Source of the DNA: the human T2T-CHM13v2.0 reference genome, Homo sapiens
Strand: one strand, 5' to 3'
DNA length: 64,000 nt
NCBI RefSeq assembly: GCF_009914755.1
Contig: NC_060936.1
Shown: positions 12,975 through 26,913 of the stretch, piece by piece
Layout of the letters: each line of letters opens with the position of its first letter
Position numbering within the stretch: position 1 is the first letter of the stretch
Notes under the pieces: model-generated
Told to the model about the DNA's origin: nothing
The model's database searches: none
What the model saw: only the letters and a program-made list of their open reading frames with translations
Made by a program: the position numbers and the translations under genes

Positions 12975-13480
12975 TACATGACAGAACTCTAACTCAACTT
13001 AACCATAAAGATACATCTTTTTTCACCTAACAAGAAGTCAAGTAGGAATGGCTTTGGGGGAAGTTGATCCAAGGGCTAAATATTGTACCCAAGGCCCCAA
13101 GTTCTTTCCATCTGTCTGATCCTTCATTCTTGCTGATGACTTTGTCCTCACAAGGGCTGCAAATGGCTGTAGCAATCCCAAGTGTCTCATTCAGACGTAA
13201 TAGCAGGCATAAGAAATGACCATTTCATCCTGTGTCTCTTTCTTAGGAATCTGGACATTTCTCTCCCGGATACCCACAAACAGAACTTCCTTGTCATTGG
13301 CCAAAATTGGGTCACATAACCATTTACACCCTCACTGGAAATGAGGATAGAATTAGCCCATTCCTCGAGTTGGAGTGAATTCAGATTCTCCTGGGGTACA
13401 TGCTGTATGTAGAAAGAGTAGATGTCTTAACCAAATCATAATTCAGAACAGTTGGTGGATAGGTAACCAAAGTGTGTATA
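12975..13480 (-). mobile_element. Old MLT1 (K/L-like) MaLR LTR
   Basis: aacaagaagtc...gttctttccatct...aaatggctgtagc...cattggccaaaattgggtcacat. Confidence 0.6.
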
Positions 13481-13666
13481 GGATTATTGTCACAATTTTG
13501 GGTTCTATCTTCTAGTCTCCTGTTTTCCAGTTCTTACAAGCCAACCAGATTGACCATGCCAGCTCATTCTTGTTTCTTGATTTCACTCAAAACAAGAAAA
13601 CCTAGAGATTCTACTTGAAGCCAAACAATAGCAACATAAAAGAAAAGTACCAAAAAATAAGTCTTG

Positions 13667-14506
13667 CAAAAATCCAAAACGCTGACAACACCAAATGCTG
13701 CCGAGGAGGTGGAGAAACAGGAAGTCTCCTTCATTGTTGATGGGAATGCAAAATAGTATATTCACCTTGGAAGACAGTTTTGCAGTCTCAAAAAACTAAA
13801 CGTATGCTTACTATACAATCTAGCATTCACGCTCCATAGCATTTACCCAAAGAAACTGAAAACCTGTGTCCACACAAAAACCTACTCATGAATGTTTATA
13901 GCAGCTTTATTCATAATTAACAAAATTTGGGATGTCTTTCAATAAGTAATGGATACGTAAACAGATATATCCGGACAATAGGATATTATTCGGCTTTACA
14001 AAGACATGAGCTATCAAGTCCTGAAAAGCTACTAAAGAACTTTAAATGTGTATTTAAAGAAGCCAATCACACAAGGCTACAACCCATATGATTCCAACTA
14101 TGTAACTTTCTAGAAAAGGCAAATTAAAAAGATAAGTGGTTTCCAGAGACTGGGAAAATGTACAGGTAAGTGTATGGAGCACAGAAGATTTTTAGAGCAG
14201 TGAAACTACTCTGTATGATAATATAATGGAGGGTACAAGTCATTATATACTTGTCAAAACCCGCAGAATGAACAACACCAAGGGTTACTGATGTAAGCTG
14301 TGGCTTTGGGTGATAAGAATGTATCAGTGCTGGTTCATCAATTGTAACAAATGTACCACAATCGTAACAAACAATTATAGAGACGTTGATAGTCCAGCAG
14401 GTCATATCGGAACATAGGTTGGGGCAGGAGGTATGCAGGAGTTTTTTGTCCATTCTCCTCAATGGGCTCTGAATTTAAAATGGCCCTAAAAATAAAGTAT
14501 TTTTAA
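13667..14506 (+). mobile_element. L1MC-type LINE-1 3' fragment
   Basis: ctgacaacaccaaatgctg...gcagtgaaactactctgtatgata...ctaaaaataaagt. Confidence 0.88.
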
Positions 14507-15197
14507 TTTTTTTTTCATTCTGACTTTTTTTTAAGTTCAGTGGTACATGTGCAAGTTTATTATATAGGTAAACCTGTGTCACAGGAGTTGGTTGTACAGA
14601 TTATTTCATCTAGGTATGCCTGTTTCACCCAGGTATTAAGCCTAGCACCCATTAGTTATTCTTCTTGGTCCTCTCCCTCCTTCCACCCTGCACCCTCTGG
14701 TAGGACCCTGTGGCTGTTTTTTCCCTCTATGTGTCCATGTGTTCTCATTATTTAGCTCCCATTTATAAGTGAGAACATACTGTATTTGGTTTTCTGTTTC
14801 TGTGTTAGTTTGCTAAGGATAATGGCCTGCAGCTCCATCCATGTTCCTGCAAAGGACATGATCCTGTTCTTTTTTACGGCTGCATGGTACTGCATGGTAT
14901 ATATGTACATTTCTCTATCTAGTCTACCACCGATGGGCATCTCGGTTGATTCCATGTCTTTGCTATTGTGAGTAGTGCTGCAACGAACATTAGCATGTGT
15001 GTCTTTAAGATTAGAATAACTTATATTCCTTTGGGTATATACTCAGGAATGGGACTGCTGGGTAGAATGGTAGTTCTGTTTTTAGGTTTTTGAGGAATTG
15101 CCACACTGGTTTCCACAATGGTTGAAGTAATTTACACTCCCACCAACAGTGTTTAAGTGTTCCTCCGCCTCTCCAATCTCACCAGCACCTGTTATTT
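14507..15197 (-). mobile_element. L1PA13-16-like 3' end, tail-to-tail with the L1MC
   Basis: ttaagttcagtggtacatgtgc...gctcccatttataagtgagaac...tttacactcccaccaacagtg. Confidence 0.9.
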
Positions 15198-15869
15198 AAA
15201 AATCATGTTCTTCAGCCATCACATTTTATCAAGGCAAAAACTGAGTCCCAGCTTAAAAGGAGCGGATGGGTCAGAGGAGACTCCAATCTCATTCTAAGTG
15301 CCCCGAGTACATGGATGTCCACTGCAAACTGGAAGAGAACTGCTGGGAGGTTTTCTTCCTTCCACTGGGAGGAAGCGATTATAACAATGCCCTTCCACCT
15401 ATGCCTGTTACTTGTATTTCTGATCCAGATAAAAGCATGACATTAAAAATGGATCTGTGGGGAATTCATGTTTTGAAACATTAACTGATTTTTCCTTGGT
15501 ATTTCTTCTTACTCTTCACTCTTTTTCACATTTGTGAGGTCAACTCACCTAGCATTCATGGCATTGGAGAAGAGGTGATATGTCAAAGGAAAGCCTCCTG
15601 GATTTTAAAATTCTGAATTCTAAAATAACTCAGAGCATATCATTTAAAAATTGATAAAGTCGAGGAAGGTTTTCTGTCTTCAAGACCAGGCAAGATACAG
15701 AGAAAAAAGAGGACCTGAAAGAAACTGAGGCTCTGGTGGGAAGGGTTGGTTACATCGTAACCTTTGTCTCAGTCTTGACTTTGGAAGTCACTGCGGGTGG
15801 GATTTCTGAACTGATGGAGAGTAACATGCAGGTATCTAATAGGAAGGGTACTCATAAAAAGTAATATAA

Positions 15870-16239
<370 letters not shown>

Positions 16240-16880
16240 CTACAGGACCAAAGAAATTTAAGTCTTCTTATATCCCTACCAAAGAAGAAAAAAGATTGTA
16301 AATGTTGAAGTACTTAAAGGGCTGGACATGATCAGATGCCTCTAAATTGGTTATCGTAGAGACGAATAAGACAATCGACAGCCTTTTCCACTATTTCCTT
16401 TAGTTAGATTACATTAACCTTCCCATTTAACCATCGCCTGCTGATTCGCATATACTAGAAGCCTACAGTGATAAAAGCAATATGATAATAAAGCAAAAGG
16501 AAAATCTTGCCAATATCTGGATGTGGGACCCTAAGCCGATTACTGTCCTCTCTGATCCTCAGTCCTGTTACCCACAAAAGGAGAGTGTGGGCTGATATAG
16601 ATCAACTTTTAGTTTCCTTTGGGTTAATTGTTCAATTTTATGGTTGCAAGTGAATCATTTGAAATGTGTTCTGAGCTTGAATTGATATTTATTTTTGCAA
16701 CTCCATAGTAATTTTCTATAATTTCTCACAATTAAGTTCATTTGACATGTGAAGAAACTTTGGTATATGTTAAACTTTAGATATTATGTTGCTATGGATC
16801 AATCCCTGGATTGAAATTCATTTTTTTAAACCTAAAACTTGAATACAGAAGATAAAATAGTCTCTGAAAAAAATAGAGCT

Positions 16881-17154
16881 CTCAGCACTTTGGGAGGCCG
16901 AGATGGGAGAATCACTTGAGCCCAGGTGTTTGAGACCAACCTTAGCAACAAGGCAAGACCCTGTCTCTATTAAAAAAAAAATGCAAAAATTAGCTGGGTG
17001 TTATAGTGGTGTGCAGCTGTAGTCCCAGCTACTCGGGAGGCTAAGGTGGGAGGATCACTTGAGCACAGAAGGTCAAAGCTGTAGTCAGCCATGATCACAC
17101 CACTGCACTCCAACCTGGGTGACAGAGTGAGACCCTGTCTCAAAAAAAAAAAAA
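16881..17154 (+). mobile_element. AluJ (lacks first ~28 nt)
   Basis: cacttgagcccagg in the left arm, gctgtagtcagccatgat, and an A tail. Confidence 0.92.
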
Positions 17155-17729
17155 GGAAGAATCTGAATATTCACTAGATTTGTCCTGGAAGTGTGGAACC
17201 ATGTTGGACAAGAGAAGACTACAAGAAACAAGGGCTGCGAAATACAGCAAGAGTGGATGAGAGCTGGGTCCTTTTTCAGGGGTTTTTCTAAAGGTGGGAG
17301 CTCCTTCACGTTCTTGGTGATGATAGTCTTGACCCTTTCCTGCTGCAGGTGCTGAGGTGGCAGTTAAAATGCCCTTTTCCTTCCAAACAGAACTATCCAG
17401 CAGTGAGTGTCCAGAGAGGGACAAGGAGTACCTTGTCCCTGAGTTGTGTGTGTACCTATATGGGTACAAGTAAAACAAACCACCCAGCAAAGTAGATGGG
17501 TTTAAGAGGTAAAAAGACTCAAATACCTCTTTTCATATCAAAAGGAAATAAATAATCCTTTTTTGTATCTTAATTAACACTGTACTTTTTAATGCAGCAT
17601 CTGCTTAATAGATTTTTTTAGCCTTCCCAAGAGACAAGCAGGATTAAAACCATGCTCTGGCACAAGGAATGTGGGTTAGAATTTGCTCCCTGAGGAATGA
17701 TCTAGACAGCTTCAGAGTTTAGTCATCAG

Positions 17730-17955
17730 CCTACTTCAGAGCTCAGTAAATTACAGTGCCTAGGCTGAATCTTGCCTGCTACCTATTTTTGTTAATTCAG
17801 TTTTCCTCGGAACACAGACACACTCACGCGTTTACATATAATCTATGACTGCCATGCAGCAGCAAAGCTTAGCATTTGCATCAAAGACCACACGGTCTGC
17901 AAACCTACAATATTTCCTATTAGGTCCTTTACCAAAGATCTACACTGACCACTGG
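17730..17955. mobile_element. MER58A-like hAT DNA transposon
   Basis: ggaacacag.cacactca.gcgtttacata...gaccacacggtctgcaaacctacaatattt.ctat..ggtcctttac. Confidence 0.7.
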
Positions 17956-18336
17956 CACACATATTTATGAGCAGTGATGCACAGCAAATGAATGTCACAT
18001 TTGTATTTCTAAATAAATTCCTACAAGGTGAGTGGATAAGTAACAATTCTGGCTGAATAGCATCACGATGTGCAAGTGTATTTCTACCAAAACCAGTGGG
18101 CCTGGAAGTCCCACACATCTTTGTCCCTAGGAGGAAGTACTGTGTGGACAGAGCCATACCCCATAGATGCCAGCCTGGCAGGGTTTTCTTAGAGTATTGG
18201 GTAGTTGGAAAAAAAAAAAAAAAAACCTGTTCATTGCTACTCTAAGGCAATACGTTTCTTTCCGTTTGCACACATAGCAAGAACTTCTCACGGGACAGCC
18301 ATATCATGATGTGCTTAGAAGCATCTCAACCACCCA

Positions 18337-18800
18337 TGCAGGTTGAAGAGTGTCCCCCTGAGGATGTGACGTTTATTTGGAAATAGAGTCATTAGGTCAT
18401 TACAGATGTAATTAGCTAAAACGTGTTATATTGCAATAAGGTGAGTCCTTGATCTAATATGTCTGGTGTCCTCTTCAGAACAAGAAGACTCAGAGACAGG
18501 AATGCACAGGAGGAAAACGATGTGAATAGAGACACATGGGGACAAGGCCGAGTGATGACAGAGTCAGAGATTTGAGTGATACATCTACTAGGCAAGGAAT
18601 GCCAAGCACTACCGACAGCACCAGAAGCTAAGAGAAGGGCATGAAACAGATTCTCCCTTAGATCACGCAGAGGGTGCACAGCCCTGTTGATACCTTGATT
18701 TCAGACTTCTGGCCTCCAGACCTATAAGAGAATGACCTTATGTTGTTTTAAGCCACTCTGTTTGTTGCACTTTGTTGAGATGACCCTAGGACACTAACAC
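18337..18800 (+). mobile_element. MLT1C-like MaLR LTR
   Basis: tttggaaatagagtc...caccagaagctaagaga...ccttgatttcagacttctggcctccaga...ttttaagccac. Confidence 0.85.
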
Positions 18801-19118
18801 GAACTCCATACGACAGCTTGTATCTCTGATGGGCATCGGTGCCTGTAATAATTTTCTATTGCTACTATACCAAATTATCCCAAATGTAGCAGTTAAAAAT
18901 ACTGCACGCTTATTATCTCACAGTAGGTTAGAAGTCCAACATAGGTCTCACTGGGCTAAAATCAAGGAGCTGGCAGGGATGCAGTTTAACTTGTGGATTT
19001 TAGGGCAGAATCCAATTCCTTGCCTTTTCTAGCGTCTAGAGGTCACCCACATTCATTGGCCTCTGGCCCTCCTCCTCCATCTTTAAAGCCAGAAACTGTA
19101 CATTAACATAAGTACTGC

Positions 19119-19179
19119 TTTTTTTTTTTTTTTTTTTTTTAGGCTGGTCAAGTGAAGCAGCGGGAGTGGAGAAGGAACA
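19119..19179 (-). pseudogene. 5'-truncated Y RNA (RNY3/hY3-derived) processed pseudogene with poly(A) tail
   Basis: Reverse complement of 19141-19179 is tgttccttctccactcccgctgcttcacttgaccagcct, which matches the 3' end of hY3 as I recall it (2 mismatches in 39 nt). A 22-nt poly(A) follows (T-run 19119-19140). Confidence 0.9.
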
Positions 19180-19271
19180 TGAGGCCACCTTATGTGACCA
19201 TCTCTCACATTAGCCTTCTGCACTCACAGTTCCCTCCATGCACAGCTGAAAATGTTCTTCAGTTTAAAAAC

Positions 19272-19546
<275 letters not shown>

Positions 19547-19779
19547 TTAGATTGCACTCACCTAAATAAGCAGGATCATTTCCCTATCATAAGGTTCTGA
19601 ACCTTAATCACATCTGCAGAGTTCCTTTTGACAGGTAAGACAATATATTCATTTTCTGAAGAGTTAGATCCAGGCAAGTTTGAGGGACTATTATTCTGAC
19701 TACCACACCCTCTCTATAGATTGTCCTATCCCTCATGGTGTCTGACTTCCTCCAAGAACTCCAAAGGAAAGGGATTACA

Positions 19780-20214
19780 TTTTTTATTTCTTCACTCCTG
19801 GATGCTCCTTGGTCCTCATGCAAATCTGCCCACTGTGTCTCCAAAAGAATTCCAACTATGTATTTCAGGGGAACCAAATATGAGAGCTGCAAGGAACTTT
19901 TCTTAAAAGCCTTTGACATCTCCCCTTTCTGTCTTCTTTCTCCTTTCTCCTCTAGCTAACCTGAAACAGGTGTGATGGTTACTTCCAGCCACTGTTGTGG
20001 ACCAAGGGAAGGCAGAGCTCTGCCTAGTGTTAGGGAGGGAGAATGTCTGAAGCAGCCTGATCCCTGATGTCCTTTAGGCTGTCATACCGGACCTGTGCAG
20101 CATCCATCCAGACTTCTACCATATTAGAACCAAATACACTTTTATCTTATTTAAACCACTCTTTGTTTTAAATCTGTCTATTAATAGGAAGCCAAACTAA
20201 TTCTATCTGATGCA
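19780..20214 (+). mobile_element. Old MLT1 (J-like) MaLR LTR
   Basis: tgtgatgg...gcagcctgatccctgatg...tatttaaaccact...gccaaactaattct. Confidence 0.5.
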
Positions 20215-20904
20215 AGAAAGAGAATAGAATTCTAAGAAACCCATCTTCATTGGCCAATAATTTTCACTTAGCAAGATAGGTCACAGTAATTCATCTTTCC
20301 TGGAGTATTCCAAATAAAGCATAAATTTAGGAATAAAACTACTGTGATTGAGGATTCAAATTAGTAATGGAGTGACACTTTGTGTCAATTTTTGTCAAAT
20401 ATATGTCCTAAGAAATTGTTTCATTAGCTAGCTATTTAAACGAGTGATAATATCTGTACTTATATCTGATTTATCGTGGTCCTATGGGCAGCTGTTACTT
20501 CTGGAGAATCTGCTTAGAAGACAAACAAAAAATAAAAACTAAAGTCTGTTCACACTTAAGAGTCTAAGGTTCCTGGCATTTGTCAGTGTTGTCCTTGGCT
20601 TTGCTGCTGCGAAGTGGGTGGGAAAGAGGCCACATGCAAGGGCCAGGAATGGCCATAGACTAGGGTGGGACAGGAGAGTAGAGCTGGGATGAGGACAAGC
20701 AGGTCACTGGGTTTTAAGGACCCAAGTCTAGGAGGTGGTAACATTACCCTATGTTTGAGACCAATTGAGGCAGAGACAGGATCACTCAGGGGTAGGGGAG
20801 ATGATAGTTAAAGGAGCAAGGGGTGAGAGAAAATGATAAACTCTTGCTCCAATGTGTGACAGTTAAGTTTAGTCTACACAAGCACCTCTAAGGATTGGGT
20901 GGGG

Positions 20905-21010
20905 TCAAATCATTTTACAGATGAGGAATCAGAGGCTGAGAGCTGAATGCATTTGTCAGTCATACATGTAGTGAGTCGTGAGGCCAAAGTATGAATTGAG
21001 GTCATTTTAA
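20905..21010 (-). mobile_element. MIR fragment
   Basis: cattttacagatgaggaatcagaggctgagag. Confidence 0.75.
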
Positions 21011-21309
21011 CAGCAGAGATTGTGTTCTCTTCACCATACTGATAACAAGGGACCAGGTTTGACTGAGGATATCATCTGCCTCCTGCTAGTGTTGGAGTTG
21101 GTTCTCGGGGCAGCTGTCCTCAAACTGCTCCACGCCATAGACCTGTCCAGGCGGTGAACTGTGGTCACGTGACCACCACTCATGCTCCAACTCATTACCA
21201 TGCTCAGGTTCAAGAGTGTCCCTGAAAGGCCATTTTCCTGAACATGTCTGTCATTTTAAAAGTTGGAAAGTTTTATATACACACACACACACACATGCAC
21301 ACAAGCACT

Positions 21310-21550
21310 TTATCTACTCATCTGTGGATTCAGGATCCAGGTTGTTCCCACATCTTGCCTACTGGGAATAATGTTGCAATAACACGGGGATGCTAGCATC
21401 TCTTTGAGGTTCCAATTCAGTTCTGTGGGAAGAATCCATCCCAGGCTCTGATACACAGCATCGTGCCTATAGATAATGATGCTATATTTTACACCTAAAA
21501 TCTATTAAGAAGGTAGATCTCATTTTAAGTGTTCTTGCCACAATAAAAGA
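21310..21550 (+). mobile_element. Short L1MA fragment: antisense piece followed by sense 3' end (possible 5' inversion)
   Basis: Antisense ggttgttcccacatcttgcc...gttgcaataac, then sense aggtagatctcattttaagtgttcttgccacaataaaa. Confidence 0.55.
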
Positions 21551-21719
21551 GGAAATAGTGTTTTTTAAAAATCTATATCTAAATAGTCACATTTAATCTA
21601 TTTTTGGTTGTCAAAAAGCAGCCCCTTTCTGTCTTACATTCAACCCACGTGTCTGAGAAGGCCAAGGCACCTGTACTTCAGGTCATTCAGGTTGTTCAAC
21701 TTGGTCAAGTATTTTCTTT

Positions 21720-22015
21720 ACTTTATTTGAAAATACAGGATGCCATCCTGTCACTTAGGCTGGAGTGCAGCAGCAGGATAAGCTCACTGCAGCCTCAGAC
21801 AGCTGGGCTCAGGCAATTCTGCCTCAGCCCCTAAATAGCTAGAATTTCAGGTGCAGCTGCAACACCCAGCTAATTTTCTTTATTTTCTTATTTTTTGTAG
21901 AGACAGCATCTCCCTATGTTGCCCAGGCTGGTCTCGAACTCCTGGCCTCAAGCAATCCTCTTGCCTCAGCCTCCCAAAACCTTGGTATTATAGGCGAGTG
22001 CCACTGCACTTGCCC
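21720..22015 (-). mobile_element. AluJo
   Basis: Diverged dimer (atagctcactgcagcctc-like). TSD caagt(a/g)ttttct. Confidence 0.9.
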
Positions 22016-22089
22016 CAACAAGTGTTTTCTGTGGAATGTGAGGATAAGACAAAAACTTCCAGACACAACTCGCATATATTAAACACGAC

Positions 22090-22250
22090 CAATTACCAGG
22101 CCTTCCGCTAAGAATTTTCATATGTCTCCTTATTTAATCTTCTCACCCTACCGGGTAGTTATTACTATAATTTTATTGATGGGAAAATAGGTGTTAAAGA
22201 TGTTTAATGACTGACCAGGGCCACATGGTGGAGACTGGTTGGGACAAGGG
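22090..22250 (-). mobile_element. MIR fragment
   Basis: tatttaatcttctcacccta...attttattgatgggaaaataggtg. Confidence 0.6.
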
Positions 22251-23851
22251 TTTTTGTGACATACACATCTATGTTTTCAATGCTCTAATATGAAGACAGA
22301 GGCATCTGTTCAATGAGGGGAGAAATCTCAGGCATTATGCAAAAATGAAAGTGACATTTTCAGAGAGATAAATCTATAAAATCTTGTTCGGTGATACTTT
22401 AAAAGAGTTTTGGGAAAACTGAAAATTACAAGCCTTGCTCCATTTCCTTAAATTCGGTGTTGGCTAGAAAGTAGCGCTGAAGCCAACAGCAAGAAGTTTC
22501 AGTTAATCGTTTTATTAAGGGACCTGTGGACTCAAGTGCTTGGCGTGGAGAATACTTCCCATCGTGGTACAGAGATAAGGAGTATGCTAGTGAATATTTA
22601 TATTTATATACCAGCTATCGTGACACTTAAGTTGAATCTTGACCTGATGTATGTATCATACATATACATCATAAAATTGAGGTTAATGTATATCATTTAT
22701 GGAGAAGGGCAAAGAGGTTTCCTGGATATGAAAAGGTTTGTTGTAATAGCTGCAGGATCACTGCCTTATAATATTGAGACTATGAATGCTCACCGTGTTT
22801 GTGAGGATGCCTTCTATTAAAAAATACATTTGATCCCTTACGAAATAATGCATGCTCCGTGAGAAACTGGCTTAACCTTCAACATTGTGATCATTAACTG
22901 GCAGCCTGTGACCTCCCTGAGTTTGTTCTGTAACTCCAATATTGCAGAAGTTATCTGACTTCACTTACAAGGCAGGAAGCAACACAACTCAACTGTTGTG
23001 ACTTTCCCCCTGTAGCTCACAGATAAGTCCCTTGCAAACCCAGCCCACTCATTTCCAAAAAGCAATACAAGTGTGTGTTTTCTCCACGATTCTCTTTACA
23101 CAGAGAAGACAATACCATCCTGCATCTTGCAGTTCCCATCGTCACTTTCTACTCACCAGGGGCTGCTAGTTACAGGGATGTAATAATACTTCGGAGAAAA
23201 CTTCAAATGTGAACCATGCAAAAGAGTGCTCAAGAGCGCAACCTCTTTGCTGAGCTTTTTGCATAAAATGTTGTACTGGGAATATAAAGTCAGAGACAGC
23301 CTATAGAAAGAATTTATTGCAAGTGATTTTTTAACTAGAGGGAAATTGAATGTTACGTTACGGTTCCCTCACTCCATTTAAGTGTATGCGGTGTACATTG
23401 TAAGATGCCACAGATAAACCACCAGCCTCCACAAGGACTTTTATTCATTGTAAACAATGTTTGTTTCATAACTCACAGTGCCCTCTACCCAGGGGCTTCC
23501 CAGTACTTCCTCCTGCCATGTTCACGAGGAGAAGCTGGTGAAGATGGCTGTTTCGGTGCATTGCATCAGGCCAAATGACTGAAGTTTCAACAAAAGACCT
23601 CAAAAAAGAGTTCTTCAGGAGCCATTTTCTTTTACCCAAGCCATTGCTGGGATGCCGAAGGTTTCATTATTTTTCTCAGTATAAATCAGAAGGTTTAAAG
23701 AGCTCTTAAAAAGAACTATGTGCACTTTCTGTGCTGAAGTTGCTTCTGCATTTATACCACCCTGATCTCCAGTTCTCACTCCTGGGAAAACCATGATGTT
23801 TTCCAGAAACAGTCATTGATACTATGTACAAGGAGTTTAAAAAACTATGCT

Positions 23852-24194
<343 letters not shown>

Positions 24195-24827
24195 TTATCA
24201 AAGATTCAAGTCACTGGGTGAACCCTGGTGCAAAACGCATTTTAATGAAACGCCTTTTGAAAATCATAACTGGAAAAAACATGAACAGCACCTCTCTTCA
24301 ATAACTGTCTATGACTGCACTAAATCATAACTATATTTGAAAAACTAAAATTTCAAAAAGCTTTGTATGAATAAGAGAAATAAAAGTTACTGGGATGTAG
24401 ATGGGCAAAGACAGCTGAATTAAAAATGCTCATCTTTCATTAATCAATACATTTTTTACATAAGAAGTTTATCTTACTGGTTTGGACAAACATAGCTCAA
24501 GTATTTTACATAATCATGGGGACGATTGGGCTATGACAGTTTAATGCTATTTTGCAAAGCCATAATTTTGCTGGGGCTCAGATGAGTGAAATTTGCATGG
24601 TTGTTTTCTTAACTTCTTAATCATAGACCATCTCTGAGACCAGTATCCACATACCAGAGTTTCACATGCAGCTGTAGAATGTTACTGGCTTCCACCTAAG
24701 AATCTTCCTTCCTCTAATTTCCAGTAAATGCTCCAAGAACAAGAACAAAGAGCCCCAGCAATGGACGATAGACACAGAGTCTGTCTGGAAATGTGTTTCC
24801 TTCACCTTTATGCTCATCTCACCTAAG

Positions 24828-24880
24828 CAGAATCATGTAAGAGAATCACATGGTATGAAGATTCTCTTACGTGATTTCTG
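24828..24880. repeat. Inverted repeat, ~20-bp stem and 12-nt loop
   Basis: cagaatcatgtaagagaatc / gattctcttacgtgatttctg. Confidence 0.9.
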
Positions 24881-25269
24881 AGGACTAGAAGACCACAATT
24901 GCATGTTTTGTGAACTAGGCTTTTTAATTATTCTTGATTTCCATAACGAATGTGATTTCAGAGACAGAAATCAGAAGAGAAATGAAGTAACCTACACAAG
25001 GTTGACAGATGCTCCAAGGAAACCAGAGAATAAGCTCTGCTTCAACTAAAAGTCACTGATCCAGGAGTCAACTGCATTTATCAGACTCTAAAACCTATTG
25101 TTGTCCCATTATACCCCACTGCCTCTATTTTTACCAGTAGGAAGTAGAATCCTTTCCTTAAAGATGTGAAAAGTATGTAGGGAAAAAAAAAGGTGTGAGT
25201 TTTAAGAGTTGCTTTACTGAGAGTTAAGACAAAGAAAATAGTTTGTAAGTGAATACATAATAGTATGAG

Positions 25270-25705
25270 GTATTGTGTTTGGTTGAAAATAACATCAATC
25301 TCTACATCAGCGACATAAATATGTGGAGGAGTTATGTCTTCTCATCAGATGAAGCAGTTTCTGGCTGTTGATGTGGCTCAATGTCGCCATCAAGAGGCCA
25401 GTATTCAGCTCTCTTTAGCCTCAATCAATATCAGCATGTGATGTTTTGCCCTCATGGCCACAAAATGGCACCTCTCTCCAGGCATCACAGCTACATCCGA
25501 AGAAAGAAAAAGGGTGGTATATTTAAAAACAAAAAAAACCACTTTACTCAAAAAGGTTTTTGGGTTTTGTTATTGTTGTTGTTTTGCAGGGGACAGAGAG
25601 CACAGATATCTGTTCTAAGTATTTCCACTTTGCTGTCATTGGGGGTCATTGGCTCAAAGTGAATCATATGGTGACTCACAGTTACAAGAAAACCTGTGAG
25701 GCATT
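25270..25705 (-). mobile_element. Old ERVL/MaLR LTR (LTR33/MLT1-like)
   Basis: ctcatggccacaaaatggc...ggcatcaca...tcattggc...atcatatgg. Confidence 0.5.
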
Positions 25706-26913
25706 TTGTTTTTGTTTATGTTGTTTATGTTTTTGGCTTTTCAACCTCTATAATAGAAGACAAGAGGAAAGAAAAAATAAATTCTGGTGTGCTCAATCCA
25801 AATTGTCTTCCATAGGCCTTGAATTGTGAAATTAGAGATGCTTCTAGGATCTTGAGATAGAGAATTAAAATTCTTAATTTTTGTACAGATTGAATTTTAT
25901 TTCAGGTAAGTTTAGACACTATCTCAAATATTGATTTTAATAAATGAGGGTGTTTTTAAAAATGTTCCTTTATCTTCTCTACTTCCTACGCTCATTTTAT
26001 ACTTATTTCGCAAATACATTGCATGATCCAGGAAGGAAAGAGTGCTGTATTATACAACATTTTATCCACTAAAAAAGTTTTATCATTAGCACAGTGGCTG
26101 TCCTGGAGCAGATATTTAATAAATGTTTGAGTGTCTGATTGAAAAAAATAAAAATAAAAACACATGGGGTTAATACTGAATGCATATATTCATTAAAATC
26201 AGCACGTCATAATTAGAAGACAAGGTTGAATAAATGATGGCAAATATGAGTTAGCTACCAAAAGGTAATGAAGTACGATAAGAAAGAAACATGCATAAGA
26301 AGAACTGCTAGTCTCAGTGAGTATTTGCCATTTCAGCACCATTTAAAAATAAATGAAGACGTTCTGCTTCTGGCCAAGATGAACTAAGAGGGTTCTACCA
26401 TTTAAAAATTATGAAACAACAGCTGGAAAGACACTGGGCATCAGGTAATAAACAATGATCCCTGAGATATGGAAACAAACATATGAGCCCTGCAGTTGCC
26501 CCAGCTTGCTGCCCTTAGAGTGTCCCCAGTTTGCAGCATGTGAGGGGAAACTGAAGTAGAATCTGGAAGAGTCTCTGAGCTGAAGAGACAGAGCTGGTGG
26601 CTGAGGAAGCATGAGGAATCTGGAGCTGATGGGAAAGGGTACAAAGCAAGGAGAGGACCCTGAAGATCTGGAAAGGGCCTCCTGGAATGTTGAGTGGATT
26701 GCTGGTCTGCACGTGTGTGGAGAACCTTCCTGTACCTGGAGAAAGAACCATTCAAAAGGATGAGGGGGAGCAGTGCCTGGTGTTCACTCAAGGGTGAAAA
26801 TAGTACCTGTTCCCAACACTCAGACCAGAAAACTTCATAATCCATGGGGCATTGAGTAGAGTGCTCCAGAAGGTCTTCCCTCCATAGTAGGAAAGAATTA
26901 GCTCTAGACTGAG

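Noticed and set aside
23217-23264. Imperfect inverted repeat (atgcaaaag...gctca / tgagctttttgcat)
   Set aside because: Short and gapped, within chance expectation for 64 kb.
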